A stretch of 48,325 nt of DNA from Dehalococcoidia bacterium (GTDB lineage Bacteria > Chloroflexota > Dehalococcoidia > GIF9 > AB-539-J10). The stretch is from contig JAGHCA010000043.1 of NCBI GenBank assembly GCA_021160725.1, positions 1 to 48,325 on the forward strand. Direction: 5' to 3'. The notes under the pieces are model-generated. The model saw only the letters and a program-made list of their open reading frames with translations. It was not told the origin of the DNA and made no database searches. Each line of letters opens with the position of its first letter. Positions within the stretch are counted from its first letter, which is position 1. Position numbers and translations under genes: made by a program. This document shows positions 47,374-48,325 of the stretch, one piece after another.

Positions 47374-47411
47374 TAGAAAGCAGCCGCCCTGTCTAGCTGA
47401 GCTACAGGGAC
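47374..47411 (-). pseudogene. 5'-half fragment of tRNA-Arg(TCT)
   Basis: The reverse complement GTCCCTGTAGCTCAGCTAGACAGGGCGGCTGCTTTCTA matches nt 1-38 of the intact tRNA-Arg at 43704 in 35/38 positions. No 3' half follows. Confidence 0.75.
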
Positions 47412-47464
47412 AACCACATTAACTATAGCATGATGGGGCTGGAACGTTAACAATAAAGAGTGCG

Positions 47465-47584
47465 CTAGCCTTTGTGAGTCTGTGCTACATGCTTCTGCCA
47501 GCACTTCTCATGCACATAAACGGCACATTTGGCGCAGTAGTAAACATGGACTCTTGCTTCTTTGCCACAGACAGGACACTTCAT
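47465..47584 (-). CDS. 39-aa Cys/His-rich zinc-ribbon-like protein (not in the ORF track)
   Basis: Manual translation gives MKCPVCGKEARVHVYYCAKCAVYVHEKCWQKHVAQTHKG. Its ATG overlaps the stop of the upstream gene (ATGA at 47581-47584). Paralogous to the N-terminus of the 94-aa ORF. Confidence 0.6.
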   Translation of the reverse strand: MKCPVCGKEARVHVYYCAKCAVYVHEKCWQKHVAQTHKG

Positions 47585-47823
47585 GACCTACTACCTCCGC
47601 TATCTTTTTCTTTTAACCCTGCCGGATTAGCTCCTTTTCCTCTTTCTGCCCTGGAGTCGGTTACATAAAAACCCGGCCCGTTAAATATGATGGGGACTGG
47701 ACAGAATAGGCGACGAGCAACTCCATGGCAGGTAGGACAATCAGCTATCGGTTTATCGTTAAAGCTCTGCCTGAGCTCAAATTGCAGGTTGCAGTTCGAG
47801 CAGCGGTATTGATAAATAGGCAT
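47581..47823 (-). CDS. FmdB-family zinc-ribbon protein
   Basis: MPIYQYRCSNCNLQFE...CPTCHG...GPGFYVTD is the classic FmdB/putative-regulatory zinc-ribbon pattern. AAGGAGGA SD. Confidence 0.8.
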   Translation of the reverse strand: MPIYQYRCSNCNLQFELRQSFNDKPIADCPTCHGVARRLFCPVPIIFNGPGFYVTDSRAERGKGANPAGLKEKDSGGSRS

Positions 47824-47839
47824 TTATTTGTATCCTCCT

Positions 47840-48124
47840 TTATTCCAGAAGAGGTGTTGTTTCTTCCTTTGAGTTTTGCTCTTCTGAGTTTTGCTCCTCT
47901 GAGCTTGGTTCTTCTGGGCCTGGTTCTTCTGAGGCTTGTTCCTCCACTTTGCTCTCTCGCGCTGTAAATTCACCATCCAAATTGACGGTGCCTATCTCAA
48001 AGGATGGTTGATGGGCCTGTAATACATGCGCATCCCAACAGTAGGCGTGCACAAAGACACCACAAGAACAATGGAAAACAACCCTGTCGTAGAGTAATGG
48101 ATTGCCACATACAATGCAATTCAT
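47840..48124 (-). CDS. 94-aa protein: N-terminal Cys/His zinc-ribbon-like domain plus acidic repetitive tail
   Basis: MNCIVCGNPLLYDRVVFHCSCGVFVHAYCWDAHVLQAH followed by an E/S/P-rich tail. AGGAGG SD 7 nt before the ATG. Confidence 0.7.
   Translation of the reverse strand: MNCIVCGNPLLYDRVVFHCSCGVFVHAYCWDAHVLQAHQPSFEIGTVNLDGEFTARESKVEEQASEEPGPEEPSSEEQNSEEQNSKEETTPLLE
47870..47944. repeat. 5 x 15-nt imperfect tandem repeat inside the 94-aa ORF
   Basis: Units TGAGTTTTGCTCTTC, TGAGTTTTGCTCCTC, TGAGCTTGGTTCTTC, TGGGCCTGGTTCTTC, TGAGGCTTGTTCCTC. They encode the (E-E-x-x-S/P)-type acidic tail on the minus strand. Confidence 0.8.
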
Positions 48125-48141
48125 CTACTTACCTCCTGTGA

Positions 48142-48168
48142 TTAGCACTCTTGCTACCAAAGTGCTAA
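48142..48168. promoter_or_regulatory. CIRCE element (HrcA operator)
   Basis: TTAGCACTC-ttgctacca-AAGTGCTAA, a 17/18 match to the consensus TTAGCACTC-N9-GAGTGCTAA. Confidence 0.8.
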
Positions 48169-48196
48169 TTATAGCGCGCTGATACAGTTTTCGCAA
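48168..48196 (-). promoter_or_regulatory. sigma-70-type promoter directly abutting CIRCE
   Basis: Minus strand reads TTGCGA (48196-48191), 17-nt spacer, TATAAT (48173-48168). The last base of the -10 is the first base of CIRCE. Confidence 0.6.
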
Positions 48197-48325
48197 GACT
48201 GCGATTTGAATCATCTAAAATCTAACCCAAGGGGGAGTTATTAAATCACGAAAAATCTAACCGAAGGTATTAAGATTTGGCCCGGTTACTACTGCTGTAA
48301 AGGAGGTAAAACCGGGCCATGGAAA

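Noticed and set aside
1-48325. CRISPR arrays, rRNA genes, large prophage or integrase genes
   Set aside because: No regularly spaced direct repeats, no rRNA-like sequence, and no tyrosine or serine recombinase ORF were seen in the window.

Overview
Hand annotation from the ORF track and direct reading of both strands. Coordinates were counted manually, and family calls rest on motif recognition from memory, not searches.

The window is mostly a housekeeping chromosomal segment of a moderate-GC bacterium. Gene order and the short EF-Ts and ThrRS forms remind me of Chloroflexota/Dehalococcoidia, but that is inference only.

Core blocks:
- tRNA-Val, thrS, infC-rpmI-(membrane ORF)-rplT, pheST (1-7.9 kb)
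- proS-ispG-rseP-dxr, IS remnant, cdsA, frr-tsf-rpsB on the minus strand (8-17.6 kb)
- tRNA Thr-Tyr-Thr, tuf-rpmG-secE-nusG-rplK-rplA (17.8-21.6 kb)
- Mixed metabolic genes: nnr, Zn-ADH, nitroreductase, miaB, yajC, nadBC (21.9-32.7 kb)
- tRNA-Arg, thyX, trkAH, tRNA-Leu (43.7-47 kb)

Most interesting regions:
1. At the right end, a near-perfect CIRCE (HrcA operator) sits directly after a consensus sigma-70 promoter. It heads an operon of three tiny Cys-rich zinc-ribbon proteins rather than chaperone genes.
2. A minus-strand metal-homeostasis locus spans 32.8-38.3 kb. It holds a Fur-family regulator, an HNSEH helical protein, a CooT-like Ni-binding protein, a TrmO/TsaA-like protein, a TroA/ZnuA-type ABC transporter, a SAM methyltransferase and two paralogous small membrane proteins. 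A recurring palindrome, TTGCAATTAATTGCAA, occurs at three promoter-proximal positions.
3. A roughly 2.9-kb island (38.8-41.8 kb) is flanked by 41-nt direct repeats. It carries XRE, ImmA/IrrE, a frameshifted PIN gene, an M48-like protein with RExxH in place of HExxH, and a truncated SNase-like gene.
4. A short sequence element appears in-frame, in different reading frames, inside both pheT and nadC.

Other oddities: an internally deleted IS with 22-bp inverted repeats, an inverted 5' half of tRNA-Arg, a Cys4 insertion in EF-Tu, and an orphan PD-(D/E)xK-like protein. Several frameshifts sit at homopolymer tracts and could be assembly errors. No CRISPR array or rRNA was seen.
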